Shown here: positions 55,587-63,831 of the stretch, one piece after another
Numbering within the stretch: the stretch's first letter is position 1
Layout: each line of letters begins with the position of its first letter
Assembly (NCBI GenBank): GCA_003173895.1
Contig: PJMG01000006.1
Span: 2,820 to 66,819, forward strand
Source of the DNA: Candidatus Levyibacteriota bacterium
GTDB taxonomy: Bacteria; Patescibacteriota; Microgenomatia; Levybacterales; UBA12049
Length of the DNA: 64,000 bases
Reading direction: 5' to 3'
Position numbers and translations under genes: made by a program
Notes under the pieces: model-generated
What the model was told of the DNA's origin: nothing
Seen by the model: the letters and a program-made list of their open reading frames with translations, nothing else
The model's database searches: none

Positions 55587-56219
55587 TTATATTTCTCCTC
55601 TCTCTGCTCTTAATTGAGCCTGATCTCTATTAGCTATAACGTGATGTGTTATTATTTCTGGTTGATCAACATATCCTAATATTCCTCTATCTGCTACCAA
55701 ATCATATTTCTCTTTCACAGTGGAAAGTTTTGATAAGGCTACAGCTGCTGTTCTGGCAGAATCAATAATTATTTTTGCTACTGTTTCACCAGTACACCAT
55801 ACTTCATATTGTCTTTCTTTTCCTATTTTCTCTGGATGACTTGCTCCAAATCTAGTATGACGAATAAGATCATTATTGTTATAAGTGTGAACATTTTCTG
55901 TATTAAGATCCCCGTAGATGGCGTTAATAAGGAATTTAACAGAACTATTTATAGCTAATCCTATACCATCTTCTCCTGCAATAGTGAAGATTGCTACCAT
56001 TGCTGGTGTCCAAGTTGGATAATATTCTCCAAAGTCGTTAAAAAGATCATCAACTGCAGCTAATATTGCCTCACCATAATGTACTTCTCCTCCTTGAGAT
56101 AATAATTCTAAAAAGTGTTTTTCAATTCGTTGGTTTAGTGCAGTTACAGGTTTTTTTATAGTACCAAGCTCACTTTGATAGCTAACTTCCCCTTTAGCTA
56201 AATCAGCTAAATATCCCAT
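55587..56219 (-). CDS. orphan protein 8 (210 aa), co-transcribed with the Tat lipoprotein gene
   Basis: ORF; 3-nt gap to 54996..55583. Confidence 0.55.
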   Translation of the reverse strand: MGYLADLAKGEVSYQSELGTIKKPVTALNQRIEKHFLELLSQGGEVHYGEAILAAVDDLFNDFGEYYPTWTPAMVAIFTIAGEDGIGLAINSSVKFLINAIYGDLNTENVHTYNNNDLIRHTRFGASHPEKIGKERQYEVWCTGETVAKIIIDSARTAAVALSKLSTVKEKYDLVADRGILGYVDQPEIITHHVIANRDQAQLRAERGEI

Positions 56220-56252
56220 AGCTACTTCTGCATATTCAGCCTGCTCTGGATT

Positions 56253-56495
56253 TCAGGTCATTTCTACATGATAGTGAGGTGAATATTTTATAGGTAAATT
56301 TAGTTGATCAGTTTGAGCGGTAAGTTGAGGATGCATATCTCGGTAATACCCTCCTCTATATTCTGTACCATCTATTTTATTAAATATACTTACATCTTTA
56401 AAAATATCATTTACTTGAGAAAAGGTAGGATTACCTAATTTACCACGGAGAATTTCTTTTCGTCCACGAGGTCCCTGATTTGGTTCTACTGACAT
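56253..56495 (-). CDS. orphan protein 9 (80 aa)
   Basis: start moved to ATG 56495 (MSVEPNQGPRGRK..); the track start (TTG 56531) lies on the -35 box. Confidence 0.5.
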   Translation of the reverse strand: MSVEPNQGPRGRKEILRGKLGNPTFSQVNDIFKDVSIFNKIDGTEYRGGYYRDMHPQLTAQTDQLNLPIKYSPHYHVEMT

Positions 56496-56502
56496 GCGCA
56501 AT

Positions 56503-56540
56503 ATAATAACACCTATTATTTCAAAATGCAAATTATAGGA
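56503..56540 (-). promoter_or_regulatory. leaderless promoter with upstream TCCTATAAT box
   Basis: minus strand TCCTATAAT (56532-56540) TTGCAT (56526-56531), 17-nt spacer, TATTAT (56503-56508), 7 nt to the ATG. Confidence 0.55.
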
Positions 56541-56642
56541 TTAGGTTTATTTCACAGGATAAGTTTTAGCAAAGTTATACACCATTTTTTGTGAATGTTT
56601 ATCCCAATCTCCAGAAAAGGATGAGTGATTATGTTTAATTCG

Positions 56643-57515
56643 CTATTTTCTGATTGATCTAACCAGAGGATATCTTTCAGCGACTTGTGGAAGACTATAG
56701 GTTTTTGCTCGTAATGCTCTTATAAATTCTGGACCCCAAGGTGTTAATTCTCCAAGCCTAGTATCTTCATTATTTAAAACATTCTCTGAAAGAAATTTAG
56801 TTAAAAAAATAGTTACAATATATATAACTAAAGGATTACTAACTACATCAGGTAGAGAAACATCTAAGGGGCTTATGGGATGAAAGTCGAAAGGTAAACC
56901 TGTGACACGAGATACTGCGAGAGCTGTAAAAAGTAAAACTCCAGCTAAATCTCCTTTATTAATAGTTGTTAGATGTTTTATTCCAAGATCAGTTATTCCC
57001 TCAATTAAAGCCTGATTTATAACAGAAGCTCTGACAGCAGTATTTCTAAGAGTCTCATCTTTTTTATGAGTTTCATCATTTATTCTCTGTTGAACCAAAG
57101 TTATTACACCATTACCCCAACGAGCTCCATGAGGAATTCTTCTCTCATTCATTGCTTCTAACTCTGCTCTACTTATAGGTTTCTCACCTGTAGCAACTGC
57201 TTCACCTGTACCAGCATTTCCTGCTAATCCACTAATTTGTATGCCAAAATTATTTCTCTGTACATTTGTATCAACACCTATTGTAATTTTCCCTAAACCA
57301 AAAGATCGACAAGCAGTTGCCATACGATCAAAATCAATTACTATTTCCTCTGACATTTCTTTTGGAGCAATATTCGTTAACCCTTCAATTTCAAATGTAA
57401 TGGTTTTTTTACCTGGATCTGAAATTGTAATATTTCCTGCTTCAGTTAGTTCTCTTAATGTAAGGGTTCTTTGTTCTCTTAATGGGCCATTTTGTTCAGG
57501 TGAGGAATTAGACAT
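56643..57515 (-). CDS. orphan protein 10 (290 aa) with two C-proximal TM segments
   Basis: GDLAGVLLFTALAVSRVTGLPF and VVSNPLVIYIVTIFLTKFL hydrophobic segments. Confidence 0.6.
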   Translation of the reverse strand: MSNSSPEQNGPLREQRTLTLRELTEAGNITISDPGKKTITFEIEGLTNIAPKEMSEEIVIDFDRMATACRSFGLGKITIGVDTNVQRNNFGIQISGLAGNAGTGEAVATGEKPISRAELEAMNERRIPHGARWGNGVITLVQQRINDETHKKDETLRNTAVRASVINQALIEGITDLGIKHLTTINKGDLAGVLLFTALAVSRVTGLPFDFHPISPLDVSLPDVVSNPLVIYIVTIFLTKFLSENVLNNEDTRLGELTPWGPEFIRALRAKTYSLPQVAERYPLVRSIRK

Positions 57516-57521
57516 AGAGGA

Positions 57522-57559
57522 ACTTTACCAAAAAATTTTGGACATGTCAATTATAGGAC
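57522..57559 (-). promoter_or_regulatory. leaderless promoter with upstream GTCCTATAA box
   Basis: minus strand GTCCTATAATTGACA (57545-57559), 17-nt spacer, TAAAGT (57522-57527), 6 nt to the ATG. Confidence 0.6.
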
Positions 57560-57706
57560 AGTTTCTCTAAAACATATAAGTGTTTTTTTAAATAAAACTC
57601 AGATAATTGCTCCAGGCCAAACGAGTCAGAAATATAACCTAAGTTACATAGTATTTATAATGCTGTAAAACAAGGTGATTTTAGTACTGCTTTAAAAGAA
57701 ATAATT

Positions 57707-59404
57707 TTATTCTTCCAAAGATGAGTGTACAGGATCTGCGAATAATTTTTGCAATAGTTTTAGTAAATCTGCGTCAATACCATTTGGTAGACGATTTGCA
57801 CGTTCTGCCATCGCAACTAAATTTGTTACTACATCAAATTCTTTATTAAAATGGATAGGATCCTTATATAGATCTCCATACCGTTCTGGGAAAACTATAC
57901 CCCCCATAATCATACCAAGTGTATGTATCCTTATTTGTATATGTCGATTGTATCCGTATTCATTATGATCATAAATTTTAAATATAGGAGACAGATTAGG
58001 TTGCTCTTTTTCTATTTCACTTGCTAATGATAAATAGTTATAGATAAATAGCGATTTTAACTGATTTAATGTGTCTGCATCTTTAGATCTCCTTCCTGCA
58101 AAGGTGGGCGCTTTTCTTTTATTCTCTATTTCATCTAATCCAATAAGATGAGGCATCTTATGTCTTCCTTTGATCACAGAATCTAAACTTTTTAACCCAT
58201 ATGCTATATTATTCAACTCTTCTGCTGGAGTAGCGTTAGTATTTATTGATGCATTAGCTTTTATATACTCATTTACTCTTTTTACACTTTCATCATCTGG
58301 TAAACTTTCTAATGTGTCATTTCCAGGAGTAAAAGCACGCGCTATATCTCTTACTGTCATTAATAAGTAATGAGGAGTTCCACCCATAGGAAATGTAATA
58401 TATACAGAATTAATAGAGGGCATGTTTATGTCTCTTGGTAACATTTGCATCATTTTTTCTAGCCTGGGAGATGTACGTACCATAATATTTATACCCATAC
58501 GTTCTCTATCACGAAGAGAAAGAACCAGAACATCGTGAGCAATAGCAATAACTTCTTCTTCACTAGTGTATCCATATGGACGCTTTATTTCATTTTCTTG
58601 TAAGCTTTTTAATACATTTTCTGCTGATTTTGTCTTTTGCCATAATTTTTCTCGCGATGCTTTAGCTTTCCTTATACTTTGATCTATAGCAGCTTTAGCA
58701 TATGCGGTATCCGGAGTGTATGAAACTCTATCGTCTTCTCTTTGCCCATGAAAAGTTGCCAGACTTTGTGCATAAGTAAACCATTCTGAAAGAGCTTCAT
58801 TATTCATAGAGGATATATGGGTTTTGGCATAACGATAAATTGCTCTTTGTATATAAGGGTTAATTTTTCTTTCATCCATTTCATCTATATTCACATTATA
58901 GATATCCACAGTTTCCTGATTTATATCTTTGAGTATACTTGTTAAAACAATAGGTTTTGGTTCTTCCTGTCCTACCGGTCCTTTTTCAGAAAACGAAATG
59001 GCTACACAATTACCATAAGTAGGAATTTCTGTTATTACAATATTAAGACCCAAATGAGGAAGCATTTTCTCCAATGCCTCTTGAGTAGTTATATTACTAT
59101 TCTTTGCATAAGCATCAGCATATGAGTTAACTGTGTTAAAAACATTTTGTACAAACTTATTTTTTTCCTCTTCTATATTATCCCCTTCTGAAGGAGATAA
59201 GGTAGGTAAACCATCTAAGATACGTGCAATATGTATAAATTGGTATCCAATACGACGTAAAGAAGTAATAGTTTCTCCTTGTATTAAATTCTTTTCTCTA
59301 CTTAGATTATTTAGATAAGTAATTACACCACTTGTACCATCAATTCCTTCTAATCTTCTATCAATATTTGTTAATACTTGTTTTACTTGTCTGTTTTCAG
59401 TCAT
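57707..59404 (-). CDS. orphan protein 11 (565 aa)
   Basis: long ORF with its own promoter; no motif recognised, no P-loop. Confidence 0.65.
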   Translation of the reverse strand: MTENRQVKQVLTNIDRRLEGIDGTSGVITYLNNLSREKNLIQGETITSLRRIGYQFIHIARILDGLPTLSPSEGDNIEEEKNKFVQNVFNTVNSYADAYAKNSNITTQEALEKMLPHLGLNIVITEIPTYGNCVAISFSEKGPVGQEEPKPIVLTSILKDINQETVDIYNVNIDEMDERKINPYIQRAIYRYAKTHISSMNNEALSEWFTYAQSLATFHGQREDDRVSYTPDTAYAKAAIDQSIRKAKASREKLWQKTKSAENVLKSLQENEIKRPYGYTSEEEVIAIAHDVLVLSLRDRERMGINIMVRTSPRLEKMMQMLPRDINMPSINSVYITFPMGGTPHYLLMTVRDIARAFTPGNDTLESLPDDESVKRVNEYIKANASINTNATPAEELNNIAYGLKSLDSVIKGRHKMPHLIGLDEIENKRKAPTFAGRRSKDADTLNQLKSLFIYNYLSLASEIEKEQPNLSPIFKIYDHNEYGYNRHIQIRIHTLGMIMGGIVFPERYGDLYKDPIHFNKEFDVVTNLVAMAERANRLPNGIDADLLKLLQKLFADPVHSSLEE

Positions 59405-59418
59405 AACTATTTTTTGAG

Positions 59419-59447
59419 AGTATACTGTAGTTAATAATAATTATCAA
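59419..59447 (-). promoter_or_regulatory. promoter
   Basis: minus strand TTGATA (59442-59447), 17-nt spacer, TATACT (59419-59424), 14 nt to the ATG. Confidence 0.5.
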
Positions 59448-59538
59448 CTATTAATAATATAGGTGGTTTAAATTTGGTGAATCTATTTAGATTTATAGTT
59501 TGCGTCAATTAATGTAGCGGGAAATTTAAATTATAAAT

Positions 59539-59886
59539 TTATACTTTAACTCTTATAAAATAGAACTCACTGGCTTCATTTCCATTAGCTTCTATCTTAT
59601 GCATAGAATTGGCATGTACGATAATAACATCATCCTTTTTATATTCTATTTGCTCTTCTTCGCAGAAATAATTACCTGTGCCTTTTATAACTATACATAC
59701 TTCATCCATATTTTCATGTTTATGCCAATCCCAAACTTGTCCAGGTTTTAAAAAACCTTTAGTAATGGCTTCCAGATTCTCTGTAGTCAGATGATGAGGG
59801 TAGACTAATGTTTTTCTGGAATTTGGCACATCATGAATGGCCTCAAAAGGTATATCATCTATATTAAGTTTTAAGAATTTCTTCAT
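59539..59886 (-). CDS. cupin_2-domain protein
   Basis: cupin motif 1 PGQVWDWHKHENMDEVCIVIKGTG; motif 2 DDVIIVHANSMHKIEAN. Confidence 0.8.
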   Translation of the reverse strand: MKKFLKLNIDDIPFEAIHDVPNSRKTLVYPHHLTTENLEAITKGFLKPGQVWDWHKHENMDEVCIVIKGTGNYFCEEEQIEYKKDDVIIVHANSMHKIEANGNEASEFYFIRVKV

Positions 59887-59934
59887 TAAATAAAGTATAG
59901 CAAAATTTATGAGGATTTATTTTTACTTAAGATA

Positions 59935-60327
59935 TTAATTACGTCGTTCTCCTTCAACTGATTGAAGTATACTTATTTTACCTCCTCTACGTATTCTTAC
60001 CCAATACCAATCAGGATTTCTTCGTACTCCTTCTCCTCCACCTTCGGGATAGTCAAAATACTCCACGCTATACTTAGTGCGTTCAGAGCCTAAGAAGTTC
60101 AGAAAGGGTTTACCTGTTCCACGTCTTCTAACTTCCATACGACTCTTATGATATCCATATCTTTCACCACCACTAAAAAAATCCATTATAGCCTTACCAC
60201 TATTAACATCAACCTTAATGTGATTATATGGGTGTCTATCAGGATCACGTACATCTCCTGTTTCAAATGTTATATCCCATGGTTGTCCCATTTCAAGAAG
60301 AACCATTAATAACTCTGGATTTGGCAT
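59935..60327 (-). CDS. orphan protein 13 (130 aa, Arg/Gly-rich)
   Basis: ORF with its own promoter. Confidence 0.55.
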   Translation of the reverse strand: MPNPELLMVLLEMGQPWDITFETGDVRDPDRHPYNHIKVDVNSGKAIMDFFSGGERYGYHKSRMEVRRRGTGKPFLNFLGSERTKYSVEYFDYPEGGGEGVRRNPDWYWVRIRRGGKISILQSVEGERRN

Positions 60328-60334
60328 AAAGAGA

Positions 60335-60363
60335 ATTTTACTAAATAGTTATTTAAAAAACAA
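60335..60363 (-). promoter_or_regulatory. promoter, leaderless configuration
   Basis: minus strand TTGTTT (60358-60363), 17-nt spacer, TAAAAT (60335-60340), 7 nt to the ATG. Confidence 0.45.
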
Positions 60364-60442
60364 GAAGAATTAAAAAAATTCCTATCACATTAAAGAGGAA
60401 ATATGATACAGTAGAAATGCTAAAAGTTATAAGTAAAGTAAA

Positions 60443-60601
60443 ATGAATGGTGTTGAAGTAACTGCTATTATTACAATTATTGCTTTCTCGATTAGAGGAA
60501 TGATTTCATTAGTAGTTATTATTTGGGGAGGGAAAAAAGTGAAAAAATATTTTGATAAGAAAAATAGTATAGTAGAAAACCATAATCAAGATAAATTATA
60601 A
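60443..60601 (+). CDS. unannotated 52-aa single-TM protein (below ORF-track cutoff)
   Basis: MNGVEVTAIITIIAFSIRGMISLVVIIWGGKKVKKYFDKKNSIVENHNQDKL: TM helix then basic tail; more plausible than the antisense track ORF 60519..60737. Confidence 0.35.
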   Translation: MNGVEVTAIITIIAFSIRGMISLVVIIWGGKKVKKYFDKKNSIVENHNQDKL

Positions 60602-60667
60602 AAAGAATGCCCCACAGGCTGTTGGTTATATCCTCAATCTTATCTACTGTACAATAATTATTAGCGT

Positions 60668-60967
60668 ATGCTAAGATTTTTATGGATGGCAAATGTACCA
60701 GAAACCGATAAATGTCCCGGTTTAGATTATTCTCCAATACAACCAGTTATTATTGATATTGCATTTGGCGATGGACGAATAAATAGAATTTTTTGGGGGA
60801 AAGTAGGACAACTGCTAGGAATTAATAAAAGAAGATTTCCAAAAGGACAATGTGGAGCTGGTCGATTGGGCAATGAAATGATAACTTCAAACAATCCAAA
60901 TGGTTCAATTCTACGAGCAGATTGTGCTAGTTGCAGTAGAAGAACTGAAGTAAGAAGAATTCAATAA
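60668..60967 (+). CDS. orphan small Cys-containing protein (99 aa; start uncertain, alternative ATG 60686)
   Basis: ORF; TACAAT-like box about 12 nt upstream. Confidence 0.45.
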   Translation: MLRFLWMANVPETDKCPGLDYSPIQPVIIDIAFGDGRINRIFWGKVGQLLGINKRRFPKGQCGAGRLGNEMITSNNPNGSILRADCASCSRRTEVRRIQ

Positions 60968-60994
60968 TTTTTAAAAAGTAAATTTTGAGAATTA

Positions 60995-61696
60995 TTAATG
61001 GGAGATTTTTTTACTATAGTCTTCAGCAATTCTACTAATCTCTTCTATGTGTCTATTTATTAAGTTTTGCATAGTTCTTCTATCTATTACTGTTAATAAA
61101 TTTTGCGCATCACCTGCTATAGCACCTACAAACCTTTCCGCTACTTCTTTTAATAATGGCAGTTGTCTTAAAAGTCTTTCTCTCTCTTCTGAATCAATAC
61201 CTTTATCATTTTTTATGATCTCCGGTAATGCTTCCTCAAATCGCCTGGAAGCGGAACGAATAAAATGACTACCAAGCCCTTCGATTAAACCTACAGCTAT
61301 ATCCGAAGTGGTTCTAACTCGTCTATCACCTGAAACAGGAGGAACAGGAACTACTGCAGTGGACTGATTTTCTGAAGTCTCTGATGACGGTAGCGGTATC
61401 TGATTAGTAATATGATGTAATAAGGGTTCATTAACTTGACGGCCTAATTCAGCAGCTGTAAGTGATTGAAGTAATTGAACTTCACGTCCAGTAGTTAATC
61501 CCAATAAAGTAGGCATATGATATGCATCCAGAAGAACACCTGCAGGTTGGTATGCTAACTGTGCAGCCATCTCAATCCCTCTAAGTTCTGCGTCTGATAT
61601 AGTTCCTTTTATAGTAGTAATAGTATCTTCAACCCTTCTAACTGTTCCTTGTACTCTTTCTGTTAAATTTTTACCTAATTTTCTAAGATCTTCCAT
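60995..61696 (-). CDS. orphan protein 14 (233 aa)
   Basis: ORF with its own promoter; helical, Arg/Glu-rich. Confidence 0.6.
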   Translation of the reverse strand: MEDLRKLGKNLTERVQGTVRRVEDTITTIKGTISDAELRGIEMAAQLAYQPAGVLLDAYHMPTLLGLTTGREVQLLQSLTAAELGRQVNEPLLHHITNQIPLPSSETSENQSTAVVPVPPVSGDRRVRTTSDIAVGLIEGLGSHFIRSASRRFEEALPEIIKNDKGIDSEERERLLRQLPLLKEVAERFVGAIAGDAQNLLTVIDRRTMQNLINRHIEEISRIAEDYSKKISH

Positions 61697-61710
61697 ATAT
61701 TCTAGAACGA

Positions 61711-61739
61711 AATGTACACCTCCAAAGTACTCTTGTCAA
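61711..61739 (-). promoter_or_regulatory. promoter (divergent pair, minus member)
   Basis: minus strand TTGACA (61734-61739), 17-nt spacer, TACATT (61711-61716), 14 nt to the ATG. Confidence 0.55.
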
Positions 61740-61754
61740 TAGCTTGGTTAAAAT

Positions 61755-61783
61755 TTGACAACTACGATTTTATGTCCTATAAT
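61755..61783 (+). promoter_or_regulatory. promoter (divergent pair, plus member), leaderless
   Basis: TTGACA (61755-61760), 17-nt spacer ending ..GTCC, TATAAT (61778-61783), 8 nt to ATG 61792. Confidence 0.6.
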
Positions 61784-61791
61784 TCTGCCCT

Positions 61792-62418
61792 ATGAGTGAA
61801 TCTTTTAACCCCCATGCAGCTTATGAAAAATGGCGTCAATCTCTACCCGATTATTCTGTAGGCTTAAGAGGTCAAAGTTCCCAATTCAACGAGACTATTC
61901 TAGAACATGGTTTTGATAAACGCAGATGGTATTTTGCTATTAATCTTTCTGAACTAGATTGGGATGGGATGAGAGAAATTAGAGGAGAACTTCATGACTG
62001 GTTTGACTATTTAGTACGCTTTGGAAAAGAAGCTAGTACTAATAAATCAAGAGAAATTACTTTGGATACTCCAGAACAATGTTTAACTTATTTCAGTCAA
62101 CATCCTCAAGAGTATATATCACTTTTGTTATTAAAATTTCCTGGAATTAGAGGATGGTATCATTCACATAATATAATTAGAGTGAGCTTAGGCGGTGAAG
62201 AACAACAAACATTTCAACATAAACTCTCTCGTAACTTTATAGTTAAAGATCTTTATTTAAACCAATCAGACTTTGAAAGAGTGCGAGAGGAATTAGTTAA
62301 AAGAGGGTTAGATCTTAATGATCCGAAATATAAAGATATTATGACCAATAAACTTTCTCGTTTAATGTTAAGAAAAGTGTTAAGTGAAATAACACATCTT
62401 GAGAGTTCTGAGAGATAA
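61792..62418 (+). CDS. orphan protein 15 (208 aa)
   Basis: ORF with a consensus promoter. Confidence 0.6.
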   Translation: MSESFNPHAAYEKWRQSLPDYSVGLRGQSSQFNETILEHGFDKRRWYFAINLSELDWDGMREIRGELHDWFDYLVRFGKEASTNKSREITLDTPEQCLTYFSQHPQEYISLLLLKFPGIRGWYHSHNIIRVSLGGEEQQTFQHKLSRNFIVKDLYLNQSDFERVREELVKRGLDLNDPKYKDIMTNKLSRLMLRKVLSEITHLESSER

Positions 62419-62426
62419 AACAAAGC

Positions 62427-63044
62427 TTAATTAACTCCGTTTTTACCTTCTTTTATCATTATTATTGCGTAAGGTTGATCTTTAATTAAGTTTAATAATT
62501 CTGGATTTTCATAAAAATGAGCGCTACCCGCCTGTAAAATAAGTTTTCTTCTTAAATATCTATATCTGAATTTTCGTAAAGTATCTTTTATAGTAGCATT
62601 GAGTGAATCATTTCGTTGTAGTGCTTTTAAATTCGATTCTTTTTGTTTTTCCAAAGCTATATTTGTTAGATGTAACCTTTCTTGCATTGAAATTCCGAGC
62701 TCTTCTGATGCTGTAGTTGCTGCATTGGATTCTTCTTGTAAAGCGTCAGATTCATCGTATTTTTTTATATCATCCCACCCTATCGTTTTAGTCCCAAATT
62801 TTACTCCAAATTCTCTTCTACTTAATCTCCATGGATATCTTCTTCCTTTTTCGCGCCCTTCAATAGCTAGTAAATGTCCTAAACCAGTATGTTCTTTTAT
62901 TATTCTATTTTCATTTTGAACTGAGTCTGCGTCTTCATGATTAAGTCCAATACAAATAACTCGGGCTTTTTTAAGCGGAACGTTAGCTGAATAAATAGTA
63001 TATGCTTCTTGATTCATAGAGAAAATTTTATCATAGGATTGCAA
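62427..63044 (-). CDS. orphan protein 16: possible Tiki/ChaN/TraB-superfamily fold (weak)
   Basis: ARVICIGLNHEDADSVQNE..LLAIEG and LILQAGSAHFYENPELL resemble the GxxH...E / GxxH(L/F) motif pair of that superfamily; overlaps the upstream gene by 14 nt. Confidence 0.35.
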   Translation of the reverse strand: MQSYDKIFSMNQEAYTIYSANVPLKKARVICIGLNHEDADSVQNENRIIKEHTGLGHLLAIEGREKGRRYPWRLSRREFGVKFGTKTIGWDDIKKYDESDALQEESNAATTASEELGISMQERLHLTNIALEKQKESNLKALQRNDSLNATIKDTLRKFRYRYLRRKLILQAGSAHFYENPELLNLIKDQPYAIIMIKEGKNGVN

Positions 63045-63825
63045 TTGGATTACCTTCTAGATCCACAGGTAGTAAACCTTTTTTAATAAGCAGTTGAGCG
63101 GCAAATCTAAAGCGAGGTTGTAACAATTCGTATAAATATAAAGGAACTACGATAACTTCACAAGATTTTCCATTTGTAAATGTTAATGTATATTTGACAC
63201 TATTGGCTATACTATATTCTCCACGCCTTACCTGTGGTTTAGAAGTATAATTGAGTTTTTGATTTTCCACAGCCATTACTGGAAAGATATAGTAAGGATC
63301 TTCTGGAAAATGGCGTTCTTTGTCAGCTAAATCATATATAAAAGTAGTTAATCTGTTAAAAGGTCCTTTAGATTCACAGGTATACAATTCTGCTCGTTGC
63401 ACATTTTGTATACCTACATGCTTAGACACATGCTTAAAATATGCTTTATGCCAACCTCTTCTTTCTACTAAAAATGCTGTATTAGCCAGATCATGTCTTT
63501 GCCTAGAAGTAAAAGTACCGTTGAGATATGTTTGAACAGTTTCTTCATGAATTTGTTTTTCTTCGTCAGTAAGCTGAGTTAAAATCGCAGCTTCATGAAA
63601 TCCTGGAGCTTTAACATTACATATGGTTCTTATTCCTATATGATTCCCACTTAAATAATATAAGTCTTGTGTATCAGTTTGTATAGGATTATACTCTCTC
63701 TTTCTTCTCATCCCTAGTCGTAGCAGAGTTTCCCCCATAACATTAACTTCTCCTGATTTTGTTTTGAAAGGAGGACGCACATTACCTGATTCCTGATTTC
63801 TAATGAGAAATTCTACTAGTGGCAT
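63031..63825 (-). CDS. orphan protein 17 (264 aa), first gene of a two-gene operon
   Basis: ORF with a leaderless consensus promoter; 14-nt overlap with 62427..63044. Confidence 0.6.
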   Translation of the reverse strand: MPLVEFLIRNQESGNVRPPFKTKSGEVNVMGETLLRLGMRRKREYNPIQTDTQDLYYLSGNHIGIRTICNVKAPGFHEAAILTQLTDEEKQIHEETVQTYLNGTFTSRQRHDLANTAFLVERRGWHKAYFKHVSKHVGIQNVQRAELYTCESKGPFNRLTTFIYDLADKERHFPEDPYYIFPVMAVENQKLNYTSKPQVRRGEYSIANSVKYTLTFTNGKSCEVIVVPLYLYELLQPRFRFAAQLLIKKGLLPVDLEGNPIAIL

Positions 63826-63831
63826 GCAATG

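Noticed and set aside
57241-57570. 109-aa plus-strand track ORF
   Set aside because: It is antisense to orphan gene 56643..57515 and runs across that gene's promoter. It has no promoter or SD of its own.
60519-60737. 72-aa minus-strand track ORF
   Set aside because: It overlaps both the plus-strand 52-aa TM ORF and the start of 60668..60967. Its Tyr/Phe/Leu/Ile-rich sequence is typical of AT-rich antisense frames.
62599-62919. 106-aa plus-strand track ORF
   Set aside because: It is antisense to 62427..63044, Ser/Cys/Phe-rich and low-complexity, and has no start context.
3240-63535. The remaining short track ORFs nested in or antisense to larger genes. These are 3240, 4214, 7113, 7407, 7901, 8540, 9879, 9883, 10176, 13482, 16134, 22403, 29150, 32060, 36804, 37320, 39171, 40482, 41393, 45146, 46469, 52988, 54114, 54399, 58170, 59133, 61047 and 63320.
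   Set aside because: Each lies inside a longer ORF that has motif or promoter support. None has a promoter or SD of its own, and their compositions look like shadow frames.
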